Shown one piece after another: positions 1-12,428 of a DNA stretch of 64,000 bases. Source of the DNA: Octopus vulgaris (lineage: Eukaryota); NCBI GenBank assembly GCA_951406725.2, contig OX597814.1, positions 161,696,001 to 161,760,000 of the forward strand, in the 5' to 3' direction. The stretch's first letter is position 1; every line of letters begins with the position of its first letter. The position numbers were made by a program, and so were the translations under genes. The notes under the pieces are model-generated. The model did not search any database and was not told the DNA's origin. It worked only from the letters and a program-made list of their open reading frames with translations.

Positions 1-199
1 GAAAGCATCTTCCAATGATGCTATGCTCATCTTGTTTCTTTCAATAGCAAGAAAACACAAATGCTACTCTTATCAACAAAACGCACTTTCAGTTAAGCAG
101 GAGCAGTATGAAATTATTTGCTTTAATTGTTGGGTTACAGTATATTGAGGATTTCTCCTAGTGAAAGCATATTCTCAACGTAACAAGGTCAGTATCCCA

Positions 200-530
200 G
201 AGACTTCCTTCTCTTCATGGTCATAAGATGCTTCAGCCTTCAATAATTGATATTTTAGAGAAATTAGGTGTGCCCTCAATGGAATACTCCTCCTGTATCT
301 TGGATGCTGCTGCTGCTGTTCACAGTCATGAACATTGCTACTCAGATATTCAGAACCACTCATCTCTTGTCCTCTCATCAACCTTGTTGAGTCCAACTTC
401 CTATATCACACTCTAACCACTACACCCACTCTTTCAATTTCCGGATTATTGGTGCTCTAGATTTCCCTCTCTACTTATGCCTTTCCTACAGATGCTGACT
501 CGCAATGGTTCAAAAGGACAATAACAGCAT
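200..530 (+). mobile_element. Degraded 3' end of a CR1/L2-group LINE ORF2
   Basis: Frameshifted translation HSHEHCYSDI...HSNHYTHSF...AFPTDADSQWFKRTI resembles the C-terminal pattern YYHGHCSSEL...HYxNSFFPR...FPxxxDLQxFK of this LINE group. Confidence 0.5.
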
Positions 531-884
531 TGGTCCCATTAGCCTCAAAATGCCTGCAAAACCATGATAGCTGCCCCTTTCTCCAGATCTAGCAAGTGTG
601 TGTATGTGTGTGTGTGTGTGTGCATGTGTGAGTTTTCCTTTGTGCTTGTCTCACTACCATCACTGGACAACAGCTGTCGGTTTGTTTATGTCTCCTAAAT
701 ATATATGCGTATGTATATATGTCTGTGAGTGAGTTTATAGGCCCTTTTCACCATTTACTCATCTGTTTTATACACGAGAGTTTAGCTAGGAAAATCTCAG
801 CACTCATCAAATAAGGTGGTAGAAAAAATATTGTGCAGTCTCTTTGGCACTGAAGATTAGAAAGTGTTACATCTGGTTTGTGAG

Positions 885-1115
885 ACATCATTATCACCAA
901 CAACAACATTTAGTGTCTGCTTTCCATGTTGGCAGGAGTTGGATGGTGTGCCAGCAAACCAGCAAGCTGCAGGCCTGCATCAAGCTCCAATATCATCATT
1001 GTCATGGTTTCAATGGCTGGATGTTCCTAATGCCAACCACTTTACAGGGTGTACTAGGTACTTTTTATGTGCCACCAGCACTGGTGAGATTTCCATGAAA
1101 ACTTGCAAGGCATAA
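885..1115 (-). mobile_element. RTE-type 3' tail fragment (LINE 3' end or RTE-tailed SINE)
   Basis: A decayed (CAT)n tail is followed by ctttccatgttggc...ggctggatgttcctaatgccaaccact, matching the reverse complement of the RTE 3' end at 22200-22370. Confidence 0.75.
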
Positions 1116-1227
1116 AAGAATGTTTATGTTCTTGATGCAGTCAGCCAGTATCCAAGGACACATCTGTGTTCATGAGGACAGGTTCAGAAAATTTCATTTT
1201 CCTTTCTGGGATTTTCCCCATAGTACA

Positions 1228-2516
1228 CCAGGTTGTGTCACAAGTTTTTAAAACATTTCTACTGATGATTTTTGGCAACTTATATCTTGATGTTATATCA
1301 TTAATTTGGTACAACTTGTAGCCTGATCATTGCTGAACTGTTTATTATATATTTTCATATATAACATACAAACATTAAATTTTTTCATATATAACAAACA
1401 TTAATTCTTTTTACAGCTTTTATAACGAGTGGTGAAAAAATTGCAACTAGAGCCATTTTATGCCACCTGTGGAAGAAAAAGAAAAGCCTGAATGCAAGGG
1501 CGGTAACAAAAGAAATTAATGATGTGGAAGGCCCAGGAGCTGTCAATGAACATGTGGTACAAAACTGGTTCAAATGTTTCGAAGAAAGTGACACCAGCCT
1601 TGAAGACAAACCAAGATCAAACCTTCTGTTGTGTAAGATGAGGCCTTACTTGAAATGGTTGAACAACAATCAAGCACTCATACATTGTCAGCAGGACTTG
1701 GCCCTCCACGAAGCAACATCAGTTGACACCTCCATAAGCTAAGCCTTGTGAACAGATGCTGTCGAGAAGCTCCTCATGAACTGACTAATGACCAGGCTCA
1801 TGTGAACATTTGCAAACAATGGCTGGCAAATCCTCAAGATGCCTGTTTTTGTCATCATATTGTAACTGAAGATGAAAAATGGATCTATTTTTATAATCCT
1901 AATGAGAGAAATCAGTGACTTCATTCTGGTCAGGCTTCAGAACCTATTGTCTAACAAAGGCAGTTTGAACAGAAGGTCATGTTGTGTGTTTGGTGGAATT
2001 TTGAGGAGATGTTGCACTTTGAGCTTGTCCCATATAGTCATGTGAATGCTAACCTTTATGCTCAACAACTGCAGTGAGTATCTGATTCTTTGAAAGCCTG
2101 GTACCTGTCACTGGTCAGTTGAAGATGTGCATTCCTACAGCATGACAATTCCCCAGCACACACTGCCAATGTGACCGAGTGCAGACTTGAGGAACATGAC
2201 AGGCTGGAAGTGCTGCTTCACCCTACCTACAGTCCAGACTTTGCACCATCAAATTACCACCTTTCTGTGACATGACTCATTTCCTACATGGCTGGAGGTT
2301 CAACAATGTGAATGAGGTTGAAGATGGGTGCTGGAAGTTTTTTGTCTTTAAACAAGCCAAATGGTATAAGGATGGAATTGAGCTTCTGGTACAATGTTGG
2401 AAACAGACAATAGAATATGATGATATATATTTTAAAGAGCAAATGCTTTTCCTATGTAATTTGTTTGAACTATTAATTAAAGCTTGAAATATGAGAAAAC
2501 TTTTGGCTCAACCTGG
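1228..2516 (+). mobile_element. Full-length, decayed mariner (DD34D) transposon, ~1.29 kb
   Basis: Imperfect TIRs ccaggttgtgtcacaagtttt / aaaacttttggctcaacctgg with TA at the 3' side. Transposase motifs VQNWFKCF, VTEDEKW, HDNSPAHTA and HPTYSPDFAPSNYHL occur with stops and frameshifts. Confidence 0.92.
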
Positions 2517-2841
2517 TATTTTGTTCCAGTTTTTTTACAACTGCAAATCAGATTACAACACTTCCAAACCTTCACTGTCAAAGTGCCTGTGCTATACTTT
2601 TTCTATCAGTTATTCTAATGAGTGCAGAGGTTGGTTTTCCCAAACTCTTGTGTTTGAAACTGATTGGTAAGAATGGCTGAAATTGGTCTCTAATATTGTG
2701 TTGTATAAATAATTAATATACTCAAGTCTGTTGACAAATATATACTGACAAATTTCTTCTGGCTCATATATTCTTAGAGGAATGAATGTATATGTGTGTG
2801 TGTGTGTGTATGTATATATATATATATATAGACAGATACAC

Positions 2842-2902
<61 letters not shown>

Positions 2903-2909
2903 TTATATT

Positions 2910-3148
2910 ATCATCATCATTATTTTAAGATCTACATTTCAATGCCTGCATGGGTCAGACAAAATTTGTCAAGGTAGATTTTCTATGCCTGGATGCACTG
3001 TTATGCCAAGCAGTGTAATATTTCCATTAGTTCAAAGTTCAGATGTATTTTTAATAGAAGATTGCAGACGAATGGAACTACTGATATGTCTGATTTTATT
3101 TTACAATGATGCCAAGACAAAGTGACACATACACACACAAATATGAGC

Positions 3149-3192
<44 letters not shown>

Positions 3193-3370
3193 ATGTTTGT
3201 GTAATGACCTTCTTTCAGTTTCAGTCTATCAAATTCATTCATAAAGCTTTGGGCAACCCAAAGCTATAACAGAAAGACACTTTCCCAAAGTGACATGTAG
3301 TAGGACTGAACTTGAAACCATTTGGTTGTGAAGTGAACTTCTTTAACACATAGCCATATCTGCACCTGTT
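2910..3370 (-). mobile_element. tRNA-derived SINE with internal microsatellite and RTE-type tail
   Basis: Reverse complement of the head ...ggctgtgtggtaag...ggttcagtcc...gggcaagtgtctt at 3200-3365, with a (CAT)n tail at ~2910. Confidence 0.7.
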
Positions 3371-6300
3371 TTCTTGAGGCATACATACATACATAAGTAC
3401 AGGCAGATAGACAGGCAGACAGATAGATAGATAGATATAGATATATAGATATATTCAGTTGCATAGAGGTCTGTACCTACTTCTAAATATGTTTTCGGTA
3501 ACTATATATTATTTGGTTGATCGGTGAATTGTATTTTATATAATGACATTCTTTGAGATACTGTTTTTGAATTATGTTAACTGGGAATATTATTCTCTCA
3601 GGATCAGCAAAATTGTTATGACTTCTCTTGCTATAGCCTTAAGTCATATTGGGAAAGAAATAGAGTACAATGAATTGAATCAATCTGAATATTTTAGTGG
3701 TGCTTATCTTATCAATGCCAGACAGATGAAAGACAGCAGAGATTCCAGTGGGATTTATCCCCAAAAATATGAGGCAGTGAATTAGATGCTTTACTAGATA
3801 CAGAAAAGCATTTAAAATCAGTTCTTTACTCCACCAGCTTAATGAAATAACAGCTCTGTTAAGAAAGTAGAACTTGGAAAGTTTTTTTATCATGTTGCAC
3901 GATGGAATTTTGATGCTATTGTATACAATACTGCTGCCACAAGCAGTAGTCCTTTGGGGTTGAGGAAAATTCTACTATTTGCACAATTTAGAATCTCAAC
4001 GAAAATCAGTTTCACTCTAAAGCACATTGCATAGAATTTTTTATTCATACAGATCAAAGTTAATGCTAGACAACTGGTTTTGTGATTTTTTAAGGGTATA
4101 AATTCTGGATCTGTCTAAATCAATTTCATAAGTCATCCTTTGTAGGCTCATAAAATAATGGAGATGTACTAATAAAACTGATTATAAATATAGACAGCAA
4201 TAATTTCAGACAATAGAAATCTTCAGATATCTATTCTGCACTAGCTATGGCATTATTACTTATATAAGAAAACTACTTAATATAAGTAAATGTACATGGG
4301 TGTAAGAAATTTCTATTTTGTACAAATTGCTAAGAAGCAAAACAATTAGTTGAAAGAAAGAAGAAAAAAATGCCATTCATTTTCTGAATTGGAAATGTAG
4401 AGCAAAGAAATAACAAAAGCAAAGCTGTAAGACCTGGTGTGTGAAAAGATACTGAGAAGTAGTAGTGTGGTTAAATAACAAGACAGATAAAGAATATAGT
4501 TAAAGAAGATATATTCAGAAGGAAGGAAGAATAGAAATAGTAAGGTTGGGTGCCAAAAAGAAATTAAAAAAAAACAAAACAAAACAGTTTATTGATTTCA
4601 ATTGACTAAACAAAGTACTAACTTTTGTAAAAGAGGGGAATATTTGATTTAACCACTCTAATATATGACTGGTAATTACTTCCTCAACTACCAGAATAAT
4701 GAAAAGCAAGGTCAGCATTGGCAAGATTTGAACTCAAAACAGAAACATGAAATTAAATATTGAAATATATCTAGCATAGGTTTTATTGTCTTAACTATTT
4801 GTGAGAAAAGAGGATGGGGACAAAAATAAAATAAAAGGAAGAAGATGGGAAAAGAAATAATAAGATTGGAAGATAAAAAAAAAATTATGCACAGGAAAAA
4901 AATATAATTGAAAAAAATATGAACAAAGCAAACAATAAAACAATGTGGAGGAGAGAAAAGAACAAAGAGGAAAGGAAAGAGAATAAAAGACTAAGGTGAA
5001 ATTTAAAGAATGCAACTGCTGATAATATATTTGATGAAAAAAAGGGAAGAAAAAAAAAAGGGGGGGGGCAAATTATCAAGTGTTGTTAGCAGAGATGATT
5101 ATTAATGATACATGATGGAAGATAATTCTGGTAATAGCCCAATTCAGCAATATCATTATAGATCCTTCTCTAACTTGAAGTTATAATTAACAAAATGGAA
5201 AAGAAGTACTAAGATTCTAATCAAACATAGAATTTGTGTTAAGAAAAAAGAAAAAAAATGAAGTATTTTATTCATTAACTACACATTTTTTTTTTTTTTA
5301 CTGTTACATTTTTATGCCTATTTTCTGGTGTGCTACTATTGTTAGTATTACATTAAGGCATATTTCTATTTAAAAAAAAAACCCCAATATTTCTCATAGT
5401 ATTGAGTAATTTGAAGAGTTCTTTTATAAATAATTAAGATTTTAACCAGTTTTGATAGGTCAAGTTCAAATAAATATGTTGTACACTAAGGCAAAGCATC
5501 ACTTTGATGTAAACATTATTGTGTTATTGATGATCAGAAGAGCACCCTTAAATCTTAGATATAAGAATGTATAGAGCATTTGTAAACATTATGAGGTGAA
5601 ATATGTGGCATAAAATGTAACATACTTCACCTTAAAATGACCAAACACTACCATAAATAATGAGAATATGGTTTTAATCTACAGTGAAGCATGGTATATC
5701 TCTACTAAGGTATACTTGTAGTTTACTCTCAAGTATTTGACCGACAATCTCAGTATCACAAGTGTTCTGAAACAAGGTTGACGAGAATAAGTTAACAAAA
5801 ACATCAAAAATGGGAATTATTTTTTAAGAAAGGCACCATCGCCGTTATCAACTATATCAGTTTAGTATGTGTAAAGAGACTTTGAGAAGAACTATGAACT
5901 GTAAATATGACTACTACATACATTATGAAGCATCATGGATGTAAAGATCAAGCTTGCTTCATAATTTGTGGTCTACAGATAAGTATTGTATTCAGTATTA
6001 ATGGGTTTAGTACTCTGAAGGCCACTACTACTAGTCAACCAGCATCCAGCCAACCTCACACACATTTTGAATATACAAAAATAAGTAGGTATACTCCAGA
6101 ACTACAATCTCTAATGGAAATTTTAATGGAAGGTTTCGCTAAAAATTGCATGTTTAATTGAGAAACAATAGTAGCAATAATGAAAGCACTGAAAGACCAT
6201 AATAGCATACATTTGCAGTCTTAAAAACAATATGCAAGGAAGATAGATGCTCAATGCTCCAATAATAATTCAAGAAACAATAACATGAAAATATAAAAAC

Positions 6301-6594
6301 CATTCCAAGGAAGGGGAAAGCTATGTCTAATAGTACAACTACAATGCTGATATAACAAGGCTGATTTTAATTCATAAAAGCATTTAGAATAGTGATGACA
6401 ATGAAGCATGAACAGAATTCCATGAATGAAGTTGCGAGAAGATTTTAGTGAATAAGAAATTTCACTGTTGCAAGACTGGGGAACTAAATCATTCTAACAA
6501 TAAACACTGAAATATAACGAGAGAAAGATGCAAAACTGAGTGTGATTGTGTCTTTATGTTTGTGTGTGCACATGCACACACATACACACACACA

Positions 6595-6639
<45 letters not shown>

Positions 6640-6899
6640 ACACACACACACATACACACACACACAAAGGTTTTCCTACAGCACTGAGTTGCTGAAAACT
6701 TTGCTGTAATATGGAATTCTCTAATGCAAAACCTATATTTTCCCATTGATTTCCATGTTATAAATTGAGATGCATTCTGATGGAAATTTTTTAACAGGAA
6801 AGAAAAGAAGAGTAATGCAGCCACTTGAAAATATCAGTTTTTTTAAAAGACACATAGTGCAGTAAATATACATAAAAAAGATTTTTGAAGTGAAATGCG

Positions 6900-8200
6900 T
6901 AAAGGAATAAAGAAAGACACAGTAATATCATAGTAAGATACATAGTAACTACAAAAGATGTTGACTGCTGTGAAATGGGAGGTGGTAGAACATGAGCTAC
7001 TGGGATGAAGAAAGGTACTATCTTCAGCCTTGTAGATCCTCATTATCAGCACTTAGGGGCAAAGAACTTACCCAAAGCTGTCTGACATTTACAACAAACC
7101 ATCTCTTTGGATGGTAGTGCAGGAACTGAGTCCATTATGAACGCCTTTTCTAATGTATATGTTATATTCATAATTTGGATTGTATTTGGATAATTTGCAA
7201 AAACTTGTAAACCACCTGCCACTGAAAGTGCCAACCATTTAGTTACCCATGTTTCTTACCAGTCAAATGAAATAACATGAGCATGGAGTTTATACAAACT
7301 TTTATAGCCCTGTGGCTCATTCTTGTCATAACAGCATCAGACAAACTTTCTCTGTGGGACTCTAGCAACTCAATCACATCGTCTTCTAAACATTCAAACC
7401 TTACATTATTTGCCAATGTCAAATAAGTACTTTGATAAACTTCATGTAGATGTTCTGCTGAGAAGAAAGCCTGTAAAGTCATAGATGTAATTTGTTCATA
7501 TGCTTTTCCAAAAACCATTTATAGCTGAGGGTTTCACTTCATCTCATGACTTAGTTACATTAAACATAGTATTCATAATGCTGCACTTCTCCAAGTAGTT
7601 TCTGACTGTATCTTTATCTTTTCTCATCGATTGGTTTTATGAGTTGTTTCAGAGTTCTGTTCAGAGCAATATGTCAAAGGTAGATATCACACCTATTACA
7701 TTGTGATCCAATGTCTGGAATAAAGGTATTGTGCTCTTGGGAATATATTCACTTTCACATTGTTATCAAAATCATTTAAGTTCATTGGGTGGCTTGATAC
7801 ATCGTCTAAAAGGAGTAATACTTTGTAGGAAATATTACACCTGTACCACTCTTCAGCAGAGCAAAAAGATCTTTAAACCAATCTTAAAAAAAGGTTGAAA
7901 CTTTCTTGTTTGAACACCAAGTCACAGAGAGACAAAATTCGGTGTAAACTTTGAAAGACCTTAAGTTTTTAGACTGATACACAAGTAGGGGCTTTAATAT
8001 CAAATCATCAGCTGCATTTTTCTCCCACAAGAAGATCAGATGATTTTTTGAAAGCTTTAAAACTGGGTGCTGATTTTTTTTTACTATAAATAAAAGTACT
8101 AGCAGATGTGCACTTCCAGAAAGGCCCAGTTCCTTTAATGCTGGACACTTATGTTGTGTAACCTTCCTCAGTAGGCTAATGCAGTGGTATATTGACCAGT
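6900..8200 (-). mobile_element. Tigger/pogo-family DDE transposase pseudogene
   Basis: Minus-strand remnants EEGY..TGPFWK, NAADDLILKPLLVYQSKN, KVLLLLDDVSSHP, FQTLDHNVI and EDDVIELLESHRE align in order with Tigger1-type motifs (DETGLFWK, KPLLIYHSENPRA, LLLLDNAPGHP, QPMDQGVI). Confidence 0.85.
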
Positions 8201-8469
8201 TATTTCAATGTTGTGCAAAATAAGCACCTCTTAAATCTTTCAAATCAGTCCTCTAGTCAGGAAAAGTGTTGCACACACACAGATATGAAGTCTACAAATA
8301 TGGTCACAGAAAACTGCCTTGTAAACTCCTGGAACTCTTTTTGCTAACATGGAACAACAGACCACTAAGCATTGTTGCATAAATAAAGGTAACAAAGCAA
8401 TTTCTGAAAATCATTGATGAATTTCTCTTTTTCCTAATTTAATTAAAATCCTGGCTCATCATATCTTGA

Positions 8470-8800
8470 ATGGACTAGTTACTCATTTTATAAACAAAAT
8501 ATATTCTGAATCTCAATATGGCTTTAGACCAGAGATGGGGTTAATTGACATGATATACTCTCTAAGGCAAGTCACATAAGAAAAGTACAGGGAAAAATAT
8601 CAGGAAATGTTTTAGTGGGTTTCATCAAAGCCTTTGATGCAATAAACTAAGGAGTAGGGTCTACCTGGAAAGTTTTAAAGAAAATCAGTGTGTCTGATAA
8701 CATGTTAAATGTGATTGATTCCTTTCATAAATGTATGAGGCCTGCAGATATCTCAAGTAGAGAATTATCTGACCCCTTAGGGACAGCTTTGCCTTGTTTT
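8470..8800 (+). mobile_element. RTE LINE reverse-transcriptase fragment
   Basis: SESQYGFRP..IDMIYSLRQ...KAFDAIN...WKVLKKI...IDSFH corresponds to the RTE RT motif PESQCGFR..DMIF.LRQ..KAFD. Confidence 0.8.
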
Positions 8801-8824
8801 CGGTATTGTTTGCCCATTATTTTT

Positions 8825-9040
8825 CAGGAGTTGGCAAAATAGCTAAAGCATTAGAAAAAGATACCACATGGTATTTGTTCAAACTCTACATTCTGAGTTC
8901 AAATCCTGCAAAGGTCAACTTTGCCTTCCATCCTTTTGGGTTTGATAAAATATGGTACCAGTCATATACTGGGGTTGATGGCATCAACTAGCTCTCCCTC
9001 CCCTCAAAACTGCTAGCCTTGTATCTAAATCTGAAACCAT
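8825..9040 (+). mobile_element. tRNA-derived SINE with Meta-like core
   Basis: B-box-like gagttcaaatcc followed by core gccttccatccttttgggtttgataaaat..gtaccag. Homologous to 34907-35137 and 45446-45665. Confidence 0.8.
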
Positions 9041-9856
9041 TATTTTTCAGTAATACTTGATGTGGGCAGAAGAGTTGGATTTAGTTTTCATATTCAGCTT
9101 AACCACTAGATATTCAAACACACTACAAGCACAAGTACTAGATACATGCATTAAAATCACTAGGAAAGTTCAATAATATGTGTGTATGTGTGTGTGTGCA
9201 TGTTTCAGATTTATTGGTTAACTTCAGCAGTCTGTGTGTATGTGCGTATGCACATGCATGCACATAGACTGGCATAATCCACCAACATATCTGCTGTTTT
9301 ATCCAGTTTAACATAAAAGACTACATGAGCATTAGATCAAGTGAAATTACTAACTAGCTAAATATTATTAACAAACACAATTAATTACATAAACATTGAC
9401 TCTATGAAGTAATGGCTTAAGGTTAATATTAGTCATATAATTTCACTACTGAACAATTCTGTTTTTTTTTTCTTCTTTTTTGTTTTTCACATCCTACTCC
9501 ATCCAATATTTTTAAAAAAGTGAAAAGTTTTATTTCATTTTTCAAATTAATTTTAGCTTATCTCATCTTTTACATAACTGAATGTTTTAAACCTCTAACT
9601 CCTTATCAACCTCTTACTCTTGTTACAACCTCTCCACTATTCTTTTTGCTCTTCCTACAAATTCACATCTCCAATTTATTTTTTCTACAGCCACACATCT
9701 CTCTTTCACTCTTTCGACACATTTCTCTCTTTCTTTCTGTAACCTATTCTCTACTAACAACCCATCAGCTTTCTCTCAACTTCATATTCGCTCAACAACC
9801 ACTTCTCCTACTATCACCTCTAACCTAAATATTACTTATTACTAAAATATTATTTA

Positions 9857-10213
9857 CTAGCACTATGACCCAGCGTTGCCGGGTCATAGTGCTTGTGCAT
9901 GCATGCATGCACACATACACGTGAGTACTGTCCAAATCTCCGACCAATCACATACAGCTAGATGGCATTCAATTGGTGTATCAAGTTTCAGGCATTTTGA
10001 TTGGGTTTTGGATAGAAAATTCACAAAAAGTCACTTCTATTGATTTTTTAATGGGTTTGCGGGGTGACTGGGGAGATGCAAATATGTGCACGACCACCCT
10101 TAGATGGTTTTGAATGACTATAGAAAGTGTGAGCCCTCTAACTAAAAATTTGTGGATTTGTATAAAGGACACACACACAGACAGACATTTTGCCGTTTAT
10201 ATATATAGAGAGA
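9857..10213 (-). mobile_element. Non-autonomous Helitron
   Basis: The minus strand starts TCtctctatatatataaacggc and ends in hairpin gcactatgacccgg-caac-gctgggtcatagtg plus CTAG|T. Confidence 0.85.
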
Positions 10214-10607
10214 CTAGCAGTATCGCCCGGCGTTGCTCGGGTTTGTAAGGGAAATAATTATATAAGCATTTTTAGAGATGTAAAGTATAATAGCCATCTC
10301 AATATGGCTAACCACAAAGGGAGAGGGGTGTTACTGTAGCTTTTTACGTTCTGAGATTTAATAATAAATTTTAGAGAGTTACTTCCCTTATATATGTCAA
10401 AAATGGATTAAAAATGTGAAAAATTGATGGTAAATTTTTTTTAAATCGTAGACTCATCGTAGACGCGCGCTAATACCCAGACGGTCTCAATATGAATCAC
10501 GACTATAAGATACCCGGTTTTGGTTAAACTGCACCGCAAAATGTGGGAGTAGTTAGGAATCTAAATCGTAGGAGACAGACACACAACCTCACTTTTATAT
10601 ATAAAGA
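10214..10607 (-). mobile_element. Non-autonomous Helitron (second family)
   Basis: The minus strand runs A|TCtttatatataaaagtgagg ... cccgagcaacgccgggcgatactgCTAG. A closely similar copy lies on the + strand at 12944-13338. Confidence 0.88.
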
Positions 10608-10668
10608 TTTCCTCTATTTACATAATATTGAGGTCTCTTTCTTTCTTTTGTTATCTTACTGTTTTTAC

Positions 10669-10701
<33 letters not shown>

Positions 10702-10777
10702 TATATATATATAGTTACAGAGATGTACTTGCATAGCAAGTGACTTGATCTGAGATCGTGTGCTGGAACGAAAACAG

Positions 10778-11036
10778 TTGCAGCGTTGAAGGTGTTTATA
10801 AGCCATTTAAGAAACACACAAAAACCGTTAGATTCACTTCAACATTTAAATTTAATTTGTCAAAATATTTTCGTCGCTTTGAGACCGCGACCTGTTAGCA
10901 CAATATTTTTGTCAGTGAACAGGTCGCGGTCTTAAAGCGACGAAAATATTTTGGCAAATTAAATTTAAATGTTGAAGTGAATGTAACGGTTTTTGTGTGT
11001 TTCTTAAATGGCTTACAAACACCTTCCACGCTGCAA
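10778..11036. repeat. Fold-back inverted repeat (119-bp arms, 21-nt spacer) between (TA)n tracts; PLE-terminal-repeat-like
   Basis: 10778-10896 is the reverse complement of 10918-11036 with only a few mismatches. Confidence 0.95.
10908..10958 (+). ncRNA. Minimal type-I hammerhead ribozyme motif with G3-C8 variant core
   Basis: tttgtca [gtgaaca] g gtcgc-ggtcttaaa-gcgac [gaa] aatatt t tggcaaa: 7-bp stem I, 5-bp stem II and a palindromic stem III. Confidence 0.65.
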
Positions 11037-11084
11037 TATATATATACACACATATATATATATGTATGTATGTATGTATGTGTG

Positions 11085-11335
11085 TATATGTGTATGCATG
11101 TATGTGTGTGTGTGTGCGTGTCTGTGCTTGTGATTGTCCTCCACCACTGCTTGACAACGAATGTTGGTTTGTTTACATCCCTGTCACCTAGTGGTTTGAC
11201 AAAGGAAACAGATAGAATAAGTACAATGCTTACAAAAATAAAACTGGAGTTGATTCATTAAACTACAATTCTTCAAGGCATTGCCCCAGCATGGCCACAG
11301 ACCAATGGCTGGAAAAAGCAGAAGAATAAAAGAAT
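11085..11335 (+). mobile_element. SINE 3' half (CR1-type tail)
   Basis: gcttgacaac..tgttggtttgtttacatccc..gatagaataagtac..gccccagcatggccacag, as in 14391-14840. Confidence 0.8.
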
Positions 11336-11401
11336 ACATTCTCTGCTTTGGTCTTATGTTCAAGGCATGAGAAAGCTTGAGTTTACATGAGAAGGCCTAA
11401 C

Positions 11402-11666
11402 AGACCTGGTAGAAACAGCAGCCAAATCTCCCTCAAATCACACCTTACTGTCTTATGTATGTATATATATATGAGCCAATGAGGGGACCTCTACATGGTA
11501 GCTAGACCTGGTAGAAATAGCAGCCAAATTTCCCCCAAATCACACCTTACTGTCTTATCTATGTATATATGTATGTATGAGCCTATGAGGGAGACCCCTA
11601 CATGGCAGCTAGACATGGTAGAAATAGCAGCCAAATCTCCCTCAAATCACATCTTACTGTCTTATC
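11402..11666 (+). repeat. Three tandem ~102-107 bp units
   Basis: agacctggtagaaatagcagccaaatctccctcaaatcacaccttactgtctta (with variants) starts at 11402, 11504 and 11611. Confidence 0.9.
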
Positions 11667-11907
11667 TTTCTGCTACTTGGATATAGGTGTTATATTCGTC
11701 TAAAAAAACTTTCCTGTCACACACTCACGCACACGCACACACACACACACACGCACCCTCACACACACACACACGCGCACACACACACACACACTCACAC
11801 ACACGCACGTTAGCTTACAATTTTATTTATATATTTGCGTGTCTATGTGTGGAAAGAGGAAGTGGGAGGCAGAGTGAAAGAATCACTCACTACAGTAAGT
11901 GAATTAC

Positions 11908-12428
11908 TTTCATTTTATTCGTTGCCCACTGTGTGTGTGCGTTTGCGTGTGGTGTAAACCAGACTAAGAAAAGCATTTGACACACACACCAGAATGTGAG
12001 TTTTCTGTAAATTTTGCTTAATTGGAGTTTAAATTTTAAAAACTGGACCTGGCATGACGCGATGCATTGTACTCTTAAAAATGCTAGGTAAATTGTAATT
12101 GAAGAAATCCTATATTGTAGATTTGTATAACTCCCAAAGGGAGGCAGATTTTATCTGCCTATAAGAGATTATAAAAGGCAGATTTTATCTGCCTCCCTTT
12201 GGGAGTTATACAAATCTACAATATAGCATTTCTTCAATTACAATTTACCTAGCATTTTTAAGAGTACAATGCATCGCGTCATGCCAGGTCCAGTTTTTAA
12301 AATTTAAACTCCAATTAAGCAAAATTTACAGAAAATTCACATTCTGGTGTGTGTGTCAAATGCTTTTCTTAGTCTGGTTTACACCACACGCAAACGCACA
12401 CACACAGTGTGTAACGAATAAAGTGAAA
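11908..12428. repeat. Long fold-back inverted repeat (~240-bp arms), possibly head-to-head Helitron-like 5' ends
   Basis: 11908-12149 is a near-perfect reverse complement of 12187-12428. The centre holds two copies of aggcagattttatctgcct. Confidence 0.93.

Noticed and set aside
5700-6480. Coding-like composition, possible exon or transposase relic
   Set aside because: I found no sustained open frame and no motif I can assign. The same applies to ~20040-20980.
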